Source of the DNA: Eledone cirrhosa
Taxonomy: Eukaryota
DNA: 64,000 nt
NCBI GenBank assembly: GCA_964016885.1
Contig: OZ024741.1
Span: 343,666,001-343,730,000 of the forward strand
Direction: 5' to 3'
Position numbers and translations under genes: made by a program
Notes under the pieces: model-generated
Database searches by the model: none
Told to the model about the DNA's origin: nothing
What the model saw: the letters and a program-made list of their open reading frames with translations, nothing else
Shown: piece after piece, positions 12,541 to 24,416 of the stretch
Position numbering within the stretch: the first letter of the stretch is position 1
Layout of the letters: each line of letters begins with the position of its first letter

Positions 12541-13320
12541 ATTGCTTTAGATTTAGGGAGAAGGCGAGCAATTTTGGGGGGAGGGTAAAGTCAATTAAAT
12601 CGACCCCTGGTACTTTATTTTATCGACCCCGTAAGGCAAAGCTAACCTCGGCGGGATTTGAACTCAGAACGTAAAGGTCCGTCATAACTCTCTGCTGCAA
12701 AGCATGTTGTCCGACGCTCTACTGATCCTGCGAATCCATCACCCTTATAATAATTGTTTCTACTGTTGGCACAAGGCCAGCAATTACGCCAGTACATTAC
12801 TGGTACTTTATTTTATCGACCCCGTAAGGATGAAAGGCAAAGTTGACCTCGGCGGGATTTGAACTCAGAATGGAAAGGGCCGTAATAATAATAATTATAA
12901 CAATTATTATAATAATTGTTATAAGTTTAGCAACTTGAAGGCTAGGCGAAAGTCGTTTAAATCGACTCCAGTACATTACTGGTGCTTTATTTTATCGACC
13001 CCGTAGGGACGAGAGACAGAGCTAACCTCGTCAGCATTTGAACTCACAACGTAAAGAAGCAGATCCAATACTGCTAAGCTTTTTTCTGACCCGCTAATGA
13101 CTCTACCCATCCACCGGCCTCACTAATACTAATAAAAATTGTTTCTACATTTGACACAAGGCCAGCAATTACCCCAGTACATTACTCGTACTTTATATTA
13201 TCGACCCTGTAATGATGAAAGGCAAAGTTAACCTCGGCGGGATTTGAACGCAGAACGTAAATGGCCATAACTCTATGCTGCAAAGCATGGTATCTGATGC
13301 CCTACCAATACTGACAATCT
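12541..13320 (-). mobile_element. Cluster of four tandem tRNA-derived SINE copies
   Basis: Repeated core ctttattttatcgaccccgtaagg..aaaggcaaagtt.acctcggcgggatttgaactcagaac (B-box GAGTTCAAATCCC on - strand), separated by (AAT)-rich linkers. Confidence 0.85.
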
Positions 13321-13339
13321 ACCACCACTAATAATAATA

Positions 13340-13600
13340 AAGCACATTCATCGCGTGACAACCAATTTGTGTACCTTGGAATTTGTAAAGTGGGCATATG
13401 CTGGCTGTTTACCGTCATGGAAATGTTGGCTATATCACAGCATATATTGGCATCATAAGCCGCGGTATGCCTAATCTTCCGTACAGCTCTTGTTGAGGAT
13501 AATTGGATCGTCTTTCTAGTGAAACCGGGTCCTTCCTCACAAAATGAACGTGCCTGCTCTACAGTCGTCTCAGACATAAATTGAGACAAAGGTCCGATAG
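13340..13600 (-). mobile_element. Possible Tc1/mariner transposase N-terminal relic
   Basis: Weak similarity of ORF 13302-13589 to the mariner HTH region. No TIR seen. Confidence 0.25.
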
Positions 13601-14366
13601 TCAGTTTGTGCTACTGTCACTGCTGTTGCTGTTGTTTTCTATTTCTTCCGTACTACTGCTTTTATTGATAATAAGCTGTACGCTTTTGTTATCATCGTTG
13701 AAATAGTCGTTGCGGTGAATCTTAGTGCTATTGTTCAAGATGATTCATTAGTTCAAAATATAGTTGTTGTTTTTCTCTAATAATATTTTTATAGAGGTGG
13801 ATATTTTGTGTTATAATTATCAATGAACAAAGTTTTTTCGATGTTCTTTCACATGAGCGAACTATTTGTCTGTTCGACCATGAGGGTGCAATGGTGAAAC
13901 TCCTATTCTATCATTTCTGACTAACAATTAGAACGTTTTTGCTTTAATCATATTTCGCTATAGGACTTACTTCAGGACAGTTAATGACAGCTCGACAAAC
14001 TCATTTTACTAGTTGCATGTCTCTGGTAAAATTCTCTTGGATCATATTTGTCACTATGATCGCTTTGGCAAAATATGAGTCTGTTCTTGTCGTATTAATC
14101 TTAGCAATAGTAGTAGTGGTAGCGTTTACATCACTCAACATAGTAAGGGCTGATTTTTAAGGGCCGACCTATTCGCAAAACAAGAGTACAGCGACTTATT
14201 AACAAGGGCTTAACAAAACATTAACAATACAGATGTTAAAAACAAATGAAAAAGAAACTAACAAGGCCGGAGCGAACACGTGTGAAACAATCAAGAGCTA
14301 TTGTTTCTGATTTAGGCACAAGGCCGACATTTTTGTAGGAGAGGGAAGTCGTTTAAATCAACCCAA

Positions 14367-14775
14367 ACACCTTTCTCTCCGGACAACAACTCATCCCCTT
14401 TTTTAAGTAACACTTCAGAAGGAAGGTGAGAGTGGAGAGAGAGGTGCTACACCCCAGCAAATTCGCTGAAAAGTGGGTGAATGCAGCGAAAATGGCCCGA
14501 GTGAATGGGCCTTCTCTGTATATAAATCTGTAGGTTGAGGGAAGACGGAAACACCTACAAAACATGTTCCTGGTATTAAAGGTTGTTCCCATCCACGGAG
14601 TGTAAAACAACCCTGCAGTAACGTTCCTCCCTACTGGGAACTTCAATTGTTATTTTATTATATATAGTTTATTGTTATTAATTAATGTTAAAGTTATATG
14701 ATTTTTATGTAAAACCCCCGCCGTCACGTCTTGTAATGTCCTATTTTTGTACACCCCTGTGGCAAATAAAGAAAG
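14367..14775 (+). mobile_element. 5'-truncated Tx1 LINE 3' end
   Basis: Homologous to 3360-3765. Ends AATAAAGAAAG before ATATCTATAT. Abuts a SINE fragment at 14300-14365. Confidence 0.85.
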
Positions 14776-14811
14776 ATATCTATATATTATATATATATAT
14801 GTCTATATATA

Positions 14812-14855
<44 letters not shown>

Positions 14856-15193
14856 GTAATAATAATAATAATAATGATTTCATTTATTGGCCACAAGGGC
14901 CGACATATAGGGGACAACACAATAGACAGGGACAGTGGGGGTTTACATAGAGATCGAGTAAGTATAAATAACAAAAAAAACAAAATAACAATAAAAATAC
15001 AACAATGAAAGTTCCCCAATAAGAGGGATCACCACCCAGGGTTGACTCAAGCACCCCACCAGTCCTGAGCCACCCGACGCTCCTAGGGCACCCGGGAAGG
15101 GCACCCCTCTCCTTCTCGAATTCACCAGCCTACAGGCGCATGATCAGAGTAGGCCCACTCACGCGGGCCATTCTCGCCACATTCACCCACCTT

Positions 15194-17716
15194 TCAGTAA
15201 ATGTACTGGGGGGGCAGCACTTCTCTCTCCACCCTCACCTTCCTTTCCAAGTGAAACTTGAAGAAGTTGATGAGGGATTGGCCGAAGAGAAAAGTGTCTG
15301 TCTTCAGTCCTTTCAACCTGGTCCACCATGCAACCTCTTTCGCTACTGCCACCAGGCAGAGGAAAATTGCCTGCCCTTCCTGACCAAAAGAAGGCGGCGG
15401 GTCAATCTTCACTATGGACTCGGACGATAGCCGGATCCGTTCTACACGCGACAATAGCTGTTCGACATAACCCCACAAGTCAGCAATGCACGGACACTGG
15501 ACGAGTGCGTGCAGAACGGTTTCGTCGCTCTGCGCGCATCTCGGGCAGGTTCGTCTGACAGCACTTCCGTGCCCGTAGAGTTTATCCCGAACCGGCAGCG
15601 CCCCCCGGTAGCACTGCCAAGCGAGGGATTTCTGGAAGTTATCCATCGTCCCCGGCTCGAAAGTCCTCCGGAACATACTGGTCAGTTCTACTTCGTTGAC
15701 GCCTAGAGCCTCTCCTAGTACGTCATCGTACTTGCCCTCCACTAATCCTCTATAGAAATCTTGAGTGGAAGTTCCACTGACCGCATTGCCCACCTTGCAG
15801 AGTGCAGTGAGCGCCTGGCAACATTCCAGATGCCAGTCGTCCAGTCTCGGTCTCTTCTTGACCCAGGACTGCAGCTCAGTCAAAGAGATGAGCTGCGGAA
15901 AGGCCCGTCTAACAAACGGCGACCACACCTGTTCACCGTTTAGGCAAAATATCTGGAGATGTCGCAGCCTCAGCGCATGTCTGCGCATCATTAGCCACGG
16001 CATGCCCAGCCCTCCACGAAGAGGGTGCTGGCAGCAGATGGACCGCCTCACCAACGCGACCCGTCCCCTCCACAAAAATTTGAAAAGGAGCCGTTCCAAA
16101 TTGGCGAGGCGTGGACGGGGGCGAGGCACGACGGTCAGGCGGTAGTAGATGACGGACGCGATGTACGCGTTCGCCACCTCCGCCCGCCCTTTCAGTGATA
16201 GCTTTCTCTCAGCCCATTTCTGGATGAGGTTGGCTATCCTGCTCGTCACCTCGTCCCAATTCTTATCCACCTGGAGGTCTGGTCCGAACCAAACCCCGAG
16301 CAACTTTACCGGTCCGTCTGTCCAGCGCCCAACGACGCTGTTGGACGGCATGGACTTGCCTCTCCAGGTGCCGAGCTGCAAGCCCACCGACTTTTCCGGG
16401 TTAAGTTTTGCTCCCGTCAACCTTTCATATTCCTCCAAATGGGTGCGGATCACCTCGATTTCCGAGGTGTCCGACACCATCACGGTGATGTCGTCCGCAT
16501 AAGCGGACGCAGCCTTTCTACGTCCCGGTTCGAGCGGGATGCCCTGCAACAACTCCAGCTTCCGCAGTAGAGGCTCAAGAGTCAATACGTACAGAAGTGA
16601 GGAGAGAGGGCACCCTTGACGGACCGATCGAGAGATCTGAAACGGTTCCGAGAGGTGGCCATTAACTTTGACCACCGAGCAGATGCCGCTGTACATTGCA
16701 GCGATCCAGCTTCTGAAGACGGGGCCGAAGCCAGCCGCCTCGAGGACAGCCTCCAAGTACCGATGGTCGACCCTATCGAATGCTTTCGATTGATCAAAAT
16801 TGATCAGAGCCCCACCGAAGCCAGGTTTGCACCCAACCCTCTCTATGATGTATCGCATGAGGTGGAGGTTGTCGTGTATGGACCTGGTCGGTATTGCGCA
16901 AGTTTGCGCCTCCCCAACCAAATCTTTGACGACAAGCGCCAACCTTTTCGCTAACACCTTGGCTAAAATCTTAAACTCTGTGTTGAGCAGAGTTATGGGC
17001 CTGAAATTATCTAGTGTGTCCCTCTTGTTCTCGTCTTTCCTTATCAGCGTCACTACGCCACGGCTCACAGAACTGGGAATGCTCCCGTTCTGCTGCCAGT
17101 TGCAGTAGAGCGCTTCGAGGAGATCGGAGAACAAGTCTGGCATATTTACGTAAAGCTCGTAGGGCAGACCATCCAAACCGGGTGACTTGTGACTCGAGCA
17201 GCCGACAAGGGCGTCCTGAATTTCGACTGATGTTATCGGCTCTTCGCAGCGCTCAGCGTCGGCCGTCGAGAGGCGTGGCAAGCCGTCGAGGTAGGGACTG
17301 AAGTCCGCCGCCGTCTCCGACTCACCCATCCTCCCGAACAATCGAGCAAAGTGCTGGCGAAAGGCCTCACACATCTGCTTGGAATCGCTCAGTTCGTGTC
17401 CATCTCGATCCGTCAAAGACCGAATTGTGGTTTTATTTCCACGCTGCGTCTCTGCAAAGCGAGCCCATCGGGCAGCTTTGGTTCCCTCGTTCCTCAGAGC
17501 ACGCGCCTTAGCTCTGACAATGCAACCTTCGTGTTTCGCATTGAAGAAATGGTCTAGTGCCATTCTCGCCGCTAGCACGTCTGTTGCAATGCCACTACAA
17601 ATAGCCTCGTCCAACTTAGCTATCAGCCCCTCCTCCTTTCTATTTTTCTCTATTGCTACTTCTTTGCTAAATCCTATCGAGGTTGCTCTAATCTCTCTTT
17701 TGAGAACCTCCACCAC
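15194..17716 (-). CDS. Tx1 ORF2 reverse transcriptase and C-terminal domain
   Basis: KSPGLDG, FRPITLLN, DQSKAFDRV, RQGCPLS, AYADD, CPRC..ETVLH..C. Confidence 0.95.
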   Translation of the reverse strand: MVEVLKREIRATSIGFSKEVAIEKNRKEEGLIAKLDEAICSGIATDVLAARMALDHFFNAKHEGCIVRAKARALRNEGTKAARWARFAETQRGNKTTIRSLTDRDGHELSDSKQMCEAFRQHFARLFGRMGESETAADFSPYLDGLPRLSTADAERCEEPITSVEIQDALVGCSSHKSPGLDGLPYELYVNMPDLFSDLLEALYCNWQQNGSIPSSVSRGVVTLIRKDENKRDTLDNFRPITLLNTEFKILAKVLAKRLALVVKDLVGEAQTCAIPTRSIHDNLHLMRYIIERVGCKPGFGGALINFDQSKAFDRVDHRYLEAVLEAAGFGPVFRSWIAAMYSGICSVVKVNGHLSEPFQISRSVRQGCPLSSLLYVLTLEPLLRKLELLQGIPLEPGRRKAASAYADDITVMVSDTSEIEVIRTHLEEYERLTGAKLNPEKSVGLQLGTWRGKSMPSNSVVGRWTDGPVKLLGVWFGPDLQVDKNWDEVTSRIANLIQKWAERKLSLKGRAEVANAYIASVIYYRLTVVPRPRPRLANLERLLFKFLWRGRVALVRRSICCQHPLRGGLGMPWLMMRRHALRLRHLQIFCLNGEQVWSPFVRRAFPQLISLTELQSWVKKRPRLDDWHLECCQALTALCKVGNAVSGTSTQDFYRGLVEGKYDDVLGEALGVNEVELTSMFRRTFEPGTMDNFQKSLAWQCYRGALPVRDKLYGHGSAVRRTCPRCAQSDETVLHALVQCPCIADLWGYVEQLLSRVERIRLSSESIVKIDPPPSFGQEGQAIFLCLVAVAKEVAWWTRLKGLKTDTFLFGQSLINFFKFHLERKVRVEREVLPPQYIY

Positions 17717-18549
17717 CTGTTGTTGACAACCCCCCCTGTCAACTTTTGCTTAACTAAGTTGTTGACCCGGTCCCTGTAAGCTTTACGTGCCGGAAACGAC
17801 ATGTTTAGCTTCCAGTAGCTAGGTCCTAACCTACGTGTCTTATCTAGGTCGACCATACAGATCACAAGCTTGTGATCTGAATAGGCAACCGTTTTAAAAT
17901 GTGGACATCCTACACTATTTCTATCTCTTTTCCTAATGAAAATCCTATCTATGTACGATCTAGATGACCCTATGCGATTGGTCCAGGTCCATACTGGCGC
18001 ATTAGGGAAATCTAGTCGGTACCTGTCAGACAGTTGAAACTGGCTGATCAGGTACTTGAGGCTTTTGCACCCCCCGCTCCTATCAGATACTCCCACACAA
18101 TCCCAGCGTGCTTCTAAGATGCCATTCCAATCCCCTATTAACAGTAAAGGGCGAGACGTAAGCAGAAAGTTTTCCAGGCGCCTAAAAAAGTCCGGCCGAC
18201 CGGCCCCAGTAGGGGCGTAGACGGCCACCAGTCTAAAGGCACCACCTTCGCTATTGCTCACGTCCAGGACCACCAACTTTCCGTCAGGATCCCGGAAGAT
18301 TGACCTTACCTCGAGATCCAGACATTTCCTAAACAGCACAGCCACTCCACCTCCCATTCCCGGCCGACTAACAGATGCAAAGATCTGATAATCGTCGAAA
18401 ATCGGCGCCAGTGCGCGTGTGTCGGAAATTCTGGTCTCGCTGATGGCAATTACATCCATTCCTAGTGACCTGAGGTCGTTGAGCAAGTGACCTTGCTTCC
18501 AGGGCGACCCCAGGCCACGAACATTTAAACTTCCTACTCTTATGGCCAT
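17674..18549 (-). CDS. Tx1 ORF2 apurinic-like endonuclease domain (frameshifted from RT)
   Basis: SLNVRGL, ISET, VYAP, GDWN, SYIDRIF, SDHK motifs. Confidence 0.9.
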   Translation of the reverse strand: MAIRVGSLNVRGLGSPWKQGHLLNDLRSLGMDVIAISETRISDTRALAPIFDDYQIFASVSRPGMGGGVAVLFRKCLDLEVRSIFRDPDGKLVVLDVSNSEGGAFRLVAVYAPTGAGRPDFFRRLENFLLTSRPLLLIGDWNGILEARWDCVGVSDRSGGCKSLKYLISQFQLSDRYRLDFPNAPVWTWTNRIGSSRSYIDRIFIRKRDRNSVGCPHFKTVAYSDHKLVICMVDLDKTRRLGPSYWKLNMSFPARKAYRDRVNNLVKQKLTGGVVNNRWWRFSKERLEQPR

Positions 18550-19003
18550 GCTGGCAGGATGAATGGGAGAGGAAAGGTTTACTTACCTTCCGGGGTCTTG
18601 TGAAGGTCGGGTGGTTCGACCTCCATGGTTTGTGGGGTTTCTTTTGGGAACCCCTTTAATAGTCTTGAAGTGGGTTTTACGTTCGGGGTTCCCACATCCC
18701 GAGGAAAGCTCTTTCGAATTTCTTTGTATGAAGCAAGCGACATTCGCATCAGAAGCAAATTATCTGGTACGCGAAATGTGCTCGCTTCAAATGTTTCCCC
18801 CTCTTTTTCGATGTTTGTGCTTCGTGCTACATGGGCCATCAATTCCTTGTTGGCCCTTCTGGCAAGCACGAAGTTTTTAATGTTTTGTTGCTCGGGTTTT
18901 ATTTGTTCGTGTGATTGTGGTGGTGATAGCTTTGTTAGTGTTGTTTCTATTGTGTCTGCGTTTGTTGTGGGTGGGGTGTCTGTAGTTTCTGATGCTTGTG
19001 TGT

Positions 19004-20488
19004 CTATTTGTTCTTGTGTCTGTTTAGCTTGTTTGCGTTTGGGGGATTTTGGTGGTTGTGTTGGTGATGCTGTGGGGAAAATGTTTGTGTGGGTGGTGTG
19101 TGTATTTTTTTTTGTGGGGGTGTTTGTGCTTTGTGGATTTCTTTTTTTTTGTGTTTTGTTTTTTGTATTTTGGGGGACTTTGGTTTTCCCTCATCTTCAC
19201 TGCTGGAGGATGAGGGGTCTGTGGCTGTGAGCGTGTTTGTGTCTGAGTGAGTGTTTATGTTCTTGTTCGTGTGTATTTTTTTTTTTGGGGGGGGGATGGG
19301 AGAGCTTTCCTCGTTTCCCCCCTGGATGTGCAATTTTGGTGGTTCCATTGTTGACGGTGTTGCTGGTGGTCCTTGTCCCGGCGTCGCCAGCAGTGGAATC
19401 TTTCGACCCCTTGCGCTTTTCGGCAGTTGAGGGCAGAAGGCTCGCAAGTGTGTCGTTTCCCCACAAAGGAAACAATGCGGCCTTTTGCCCTCAGTCATTA
19501 TATGCAATACCCTCCCGTTTTGGAGGTGGATGTGGTCCGGGATTGCTTTTACGTTTTCGGGTCTGATTTGGAGCAGTATCTCCAGATCAACCCCGGACCA
19601 GTCGTCCCTGGCAGTTCTCGTTGCCTCTACCGGGACTGTATCCGTTCCTTCCACGATTACGCAACCCAGGAGCCACCACATATCAAGTCCTGGTGGAATC
19701 CTGGGAATGCGCACACGTGCTATTCGTTTTCCCATGTGGGAGGGGTACATTATGACCTTGCTGGTTTTGCAAGGGGTCATTGAATGCTTCACAGCGAGGG
19801 CTTCAGACTTGAACAGCACCGAAACGGTGCCGTATTGCCTGCCCCTCTCTATGAAGTCTGTGTCCTCTTTGATGTATTTCGGTGCGGCTTCTATATCAGC
19901 TTGGGCGATTATCGCTGCCCTCTTTGTCTCTACTGAGATGCATCTGAAATGCACCGTTCTTTTTTCCACTGCCTCAATGGCTTCTGCCGGGACAGTTAAG
20001 TTTGCCCAGGTCTGCTCTTGATTTATGATTTTCCAGGCCTGGGCCAACTTTTCCTCTCTGTTGGTTAAGTCGATGCTGTAGCATGGTCTCCTTTTAGCCG
20101 CTGCCACAGCAGCGAAGGTGTTCTTGTTGGTGTTGTCACTGTTGTTGTTCTTGTTGGTGTTGCTGCTGCTATTGCTGTTGTTGTTCTCCCCTGTGTCGTG
20201 GTTACCCTCTGTGCTGTTGGCCTTGTTGGTGCTGCTGCTGTCGCTACTATTACTCTCTGTGCTGTTCGTTCTGTTGGTGCTCTCGCTATTACCACCTTCT
20301 GCGCTGTTCGGCTTGTTGGTGTTGGTGTTGTCGCTGTTACCACCTTCCGCGCCGCTCGGCCCGTTGGTGCTGGCACTGTCGCTGCTCACACTCGTGCTGG
20401 TGGCGCTCCTCGCCCCACCTCTCCTCTCAACGCTCAAGTCGCCGTTGCACGACAGCAGACCCGCCTCTAGGGGGCGTGGCTCCGCCAT
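19004..20488 (-). CDS. Tx1 ORF1 (gag-like, CX2CX4HX4C knuckle); continues by frameshift to 18579
   Basis: RPHCFLCGETTHLRAFCP, low-complexity N-terminus. ORF 18579-18869 is the likely C-terminus. Confidence 0.85.
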   Translation of the reverse strand: MAEPRPLEAGLLSCNGDLSVERRGGARSATSTSVSSDSASTNGPSGAEGGNSDNTNTNKPNSAEGGNSESTNRTNSTESNSSDSSSTNKANSTEGNHDTGENNNSNSSSNTNKNNNSDNTNKNTFAAVAAAKRRPCYSIDLTNREEKLAQAWKIINQEQTWANLTVPAEAIEAVEKRTVHFRCISVETKRAAIIAQADIEAAPKYIKEDTDFIERGRQYGTVSVLFKSEALAVKHSMTPCKTSKVIMYPSHMGKRIARVRIPRIPPGLDMWWLLGCVIVEGTDTVPVEATRTARDDWSGVDLEILLQIRPENVKAIPDHIHLQNGRVLHIMTEGKRPHCFLCGETTHLRAFCPQLPKSARGRKIPLLATPGQGPPATPSTMEPPKLHIQGGNEESSPIPPPKKKIHTNKNINTHSDTNTLTATDPSSSSSEDEGKPKSPKIQKTKHKKKEIHKAQTPPQKKIHTPPTQTFSPQHHQHNHQNPPNANKLNRHKNK

Positions 20489-20969
20489 GTTTTTTTGAGA
20501 AAAAAAATTATTATTTTTCCAAAATAAAGTTCAAATATTTGGGCCAAAAGGCCCAAATATTATGAGTTATTCCTTCACAGGATACAAATGAATGTCTTAT
20601 AATGCTTCAGCGGTACAAAAAAATAAACAATTCTCCACAATTAATCCTCAAAAAATTGCTTACTCACGGAGCTTCAAAAAACGTACATCCACTTTCGTCA
20701 ATAATAATAATAATAATAATAATGTTTTCTTTATTAACCACAAGGGTTTACATAAAGTAGACATTAAGGACAGTACAGGACAATACAGGACGGTACAAAT
20801 GGGCATTTCTGCGTGTAAAAAAAACAGAGGATGTAATAAAATAACAAAGAAAAAAATTCCCCAATAGGGGGGAGACTTCTGAGGGACATTTGCGGAGAAA
20901 GCCCATTAAAAGACTACAGTGACCCTGACCACCAGGGCAAGTGCCCTCTCCCAGTTTTCCACTTTTAAT

Positions 20970-23900
20970 TTACAGACACATACTCAGAGAAAGCCCATTC
21001 ATTCGGGCCATACTTGCTTCTCTCACCCATTTTTCAACAAAATGCTGGGAAGAGAGCACTTCCCTCTCTACCCTGATTTTACTTTTCAAATGAAATTTGA
21101 AAAAGTTAATCAGGGCATCACCGAAGAGGTAAGTGCTCGTCTTCAGCCCTTTCAAACGTGTCCACCATACTATCTCTTTCGCCATGGCCACCAGACAGAT
21201 AAAAACTGCCTGCCCTTCCCGGCTAAAGGAAGATGGCGGGGCAATCCTCACGATGGACTCAGCTGATAGCTGGATCCGTCCTACACGTGACAGCAGGTGT
21301 TCGACATAAACCCACAAGTCAACAATGCTCGGACACTGGACGAGTGCGTGCAGGACGGTTTCGTCGCCCTGCGCGCATCTCGGACATGCCCGGCTGACGG
21401 CACCTCCATGCCTGTAGAGTTTATCCCGAACTGGCAAAGCTCCCCGGTAGCACTGCCAAGCGAGGGATTTCTGGAAGTTGTCCATAGGCCCCGGCCCGAA
21501 AGTCCTTCCGAAGAGATTGGCTAGTTGATTTTCGTCGACGCCTAGAGTTTCTCCAAGCACGTCGTCGCTCTTCCCCTCCACTAATCCTCTATAGAACGCC
21601 AAGGTGGTGTTTCCACCGATCACATTGCCCGATTGGTCGAGGGCTGTGAGCGCCTGAAGACATTCCAGTCTCCAAGCGCTCCCTGTCGATCTTCACTTGA
21701 TCCAGGACTGCAGCTCCGCCAAGGAGACGAGCTGGGGAAAGACGTGTCTAGCAAACGGCGACCACACCTGATCACCGTCGAGGAAGAGGTGGCGATGTCG
21801 AAGCCTCAGCGCGTGTCTGCGCATCATCAGCCACGGCATGCTCAGCCCTCCACGTAACGGGTGTTGACAGCAGATGGACCGCATGACCATCGGAGCGCGC
21901 CCTTTCCACAAAAAGCGAAAGAGCAAACGCTCCAGCGCAGTCAGGCTGGGCTTAGGACAAGGTACGACGGTCAGGCGGTAGTAGATAACGGACGCGATGT
22001 ACGCGTTAGCCACCTCCGCTCGACCTTTCAGGGAGAGCTTCCTCTCGGCCCATTTCTGGGTGAGAGAAGCCACCCTGCACGTCACCTCGTCCTAGTTTTT
22101 GTCCGTCTGGAGGTCCGGATTGAACCAGACCCCTAGCAATTTAACCGGTCAGTCCATCCAGCGCCCGACGACGCTGTTGGACGGCATGGACCTGCCTCTC
22201 CAGGTGTCAAGCTGCAGGCCCACTGACTTTTCCTGGTTGATCATTGCTCCTGTCACCGCTTCGTATTCTCTTAGTGTAGTGCTGATCGCCTCGATGTGTT
22301 TGGCGTTCGACACCACTACGGTGACATCGTCCGCATATGCTGACACGGATGTTCCGCATCCTAGTTCGCGCGGGACCCCCCTCAACGTATCCAGTTTGTG
22401 CAGTAATGGCTCGATAGTCAATATGTACAAAAGGGACGAAAGGGGACATCCTTGGCGGAGCGAGCGCATGATGTTGAACGGTTCCGAAAGGTGACCGTTC
22501 ACTCTCACTACAGAACAGATGTCGCTGTGCATGGCAGCGATCCAGCCTCTGAAGACGGGCCCAAATCCAGCCGCCCTCAGGACTGCCGCTAGGTAACGAT
22601 GGTCGATCCTATCGAAGGCTTTCGACTGATCTAAATTTATCAAAGACCCACCCGTGCCAGATTCCCTAGCTACCCTCTCTACGATGTATCGCATGAGGTT
22701 GTCGTGGATGGATCTGTCGAGAATGGCGTATGTCTGCGCCTCTCCCACCAGACCGCCAACGACAAGCGCCAACCTCTTTGCCAGCTCCTTGGCCAAAATC
22801 TTGAACTCTGTGTTTAGCAGAGTTATGGGCCTAAAATTATCTATGTTATGCCCCTTGTTCGGATCCTTTCTCAGCAGCGCCACCACTCCTCGGCTCACAG
22901 AGCTGGGAATTCTCCCGTTCTGTTGCCAGTTGCAGTAGACGTCCGCCAAGAGGCCTCCGAACAAGTTTGGCATTTGTACGTAAAGTTCATAGGGCAGACC
23001 ATCCAAACCAGGCGATTTACCCCTTGTACAGCCAGTCAATGGCTCCCGTACTTCAGCGGCTGTTATCGGCTTTTCGTAACATTCAGCCTCAGTGGCCGAG
23101 AGCGGCGGCAGTCCGTCGAAGTAGACACTAAAGTCCATCCATCGATCCGGCCCGCCACTACCCCCGAACAGTTGAGCGAAGTGTCGCTGAAAAGGTTCAC
23201 ACATTTGCCCGGGATCGAGTAGCATGCGCCCATCGTGGTCCACCAAATACCGGATCGTGGCTTTGTTGCCACGATGCGCCTCCGCAACTCGGGCCCATTG
23301 AACGGCTTTCGTCCCCTCGTGTCTGAGAGCACGCACCCTAGCTCTGACAACGCAGCCTTCGTGCTTTGCATTGAAGAATTGGTCAAGGGCCAATTTCGCT
23401 GCAAGTACGTCGGTCGCGATGCCTTTGCAAAGCGCATCGTCTAATTGTGTAACTAATTCTCCCTCTGCTCTATTTTTCTCTATTGCTAAAGCCTTTCTAA
23501 ACTTAATGGACTCTATTCTAATTGCTCTTTTCAGGTCAAACCACCACTTGTTGTTGACGATGGCCCCCGTCAACGCCCGCTTAACTAGTTCGCTAATCCG
23601 GTCTCTGTAGGCCTTGCGCGCTGGTAAGGACGCGTTTAGCTTCCAGTAGCCGGGTCCTCGTCTATGAAGCCTATCTAAGTCAAGCACACAGATCACGAAT
23701 TTGTGGTCCGTGTAGCTGACTATCTTGAATTGTGGACAGCCTATGCTAGACCTATCTATTTCCCTACAAAATACTCTATCTAGATATGATCTGGATGACC
23801 CTATGCGATTTGTCCAAGTCCACATTTGTACATTCGGAAAATCCAATCGGTACCTGTCAGACAGTTCTAAACGCCTGAGCAGGTTGGTGAGACTCTTGCA

Positions 23901-24382
23901 CCCTCCTCCCCTATCCACTAATCCCACACAATCCCAGCGTGCATCTAAGATCCCGTTCCAGTCGCCCACTAACACTAAAGAACGGGACGTTCCAAGAAAG
24001 GTCTCCAGACGCCGGAAGAAATCAGGCCGCCCTGCTCCTGTCGGAGCATAGACGGCCACTAACCTGAAAGCTTGCCCGTCTCCGCTAGTCACGTCCAGCA
24101 CCACCAAATTACCTTCTGGATCCAGGAAGATGGCCTGTATGGCGAGATCCAAACCTCTCCGAAAAACACAGCAACCCCTCCCCCCGATCCCGCACGGCTG
24201 GGAGATGCGTACACATCGTAGCCGCCGAAGATCGGTGCGAAGGCCCGTGCTTCGGAGATTCTGGTCTCGCTGATGGCCACTACATCTATGTTTAGTGACC
24301 TGAGGTCGTTGAGCAGGTGGCCCTGCTTCCATGACGACCCCAAGCCACGCGCATTTATGCTGCCTATTCTGAGTGAGGTCAT
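20970..24382 (-). pseudogene. Tx1 ORF2 (APE+RT), disrupted
   Basis: ORFs 24089-24382, 22149-24416, 21693-22085 and 20970-21623 carry consecutive EN, RT and C-terminal motifs. Confidence 0.9.
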
Positions 24383-24416
24383 GTTGAAAAGGAGTGGAAA
24401 AGATGGGAAAGACCAC

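Larger units (their letters stand above)
14876..20699 (-). mobile_element. Near full-length L1/Tx1-clade LINE (copy A) in (AAT)n
   Basis: ORF1 with CCHC knuckle, ORF2 with APE endonuclease, RT and C-terminal zinc motif. Bounded by (AAT)n on both sides, with no poly(A). Confidence 0.95.
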
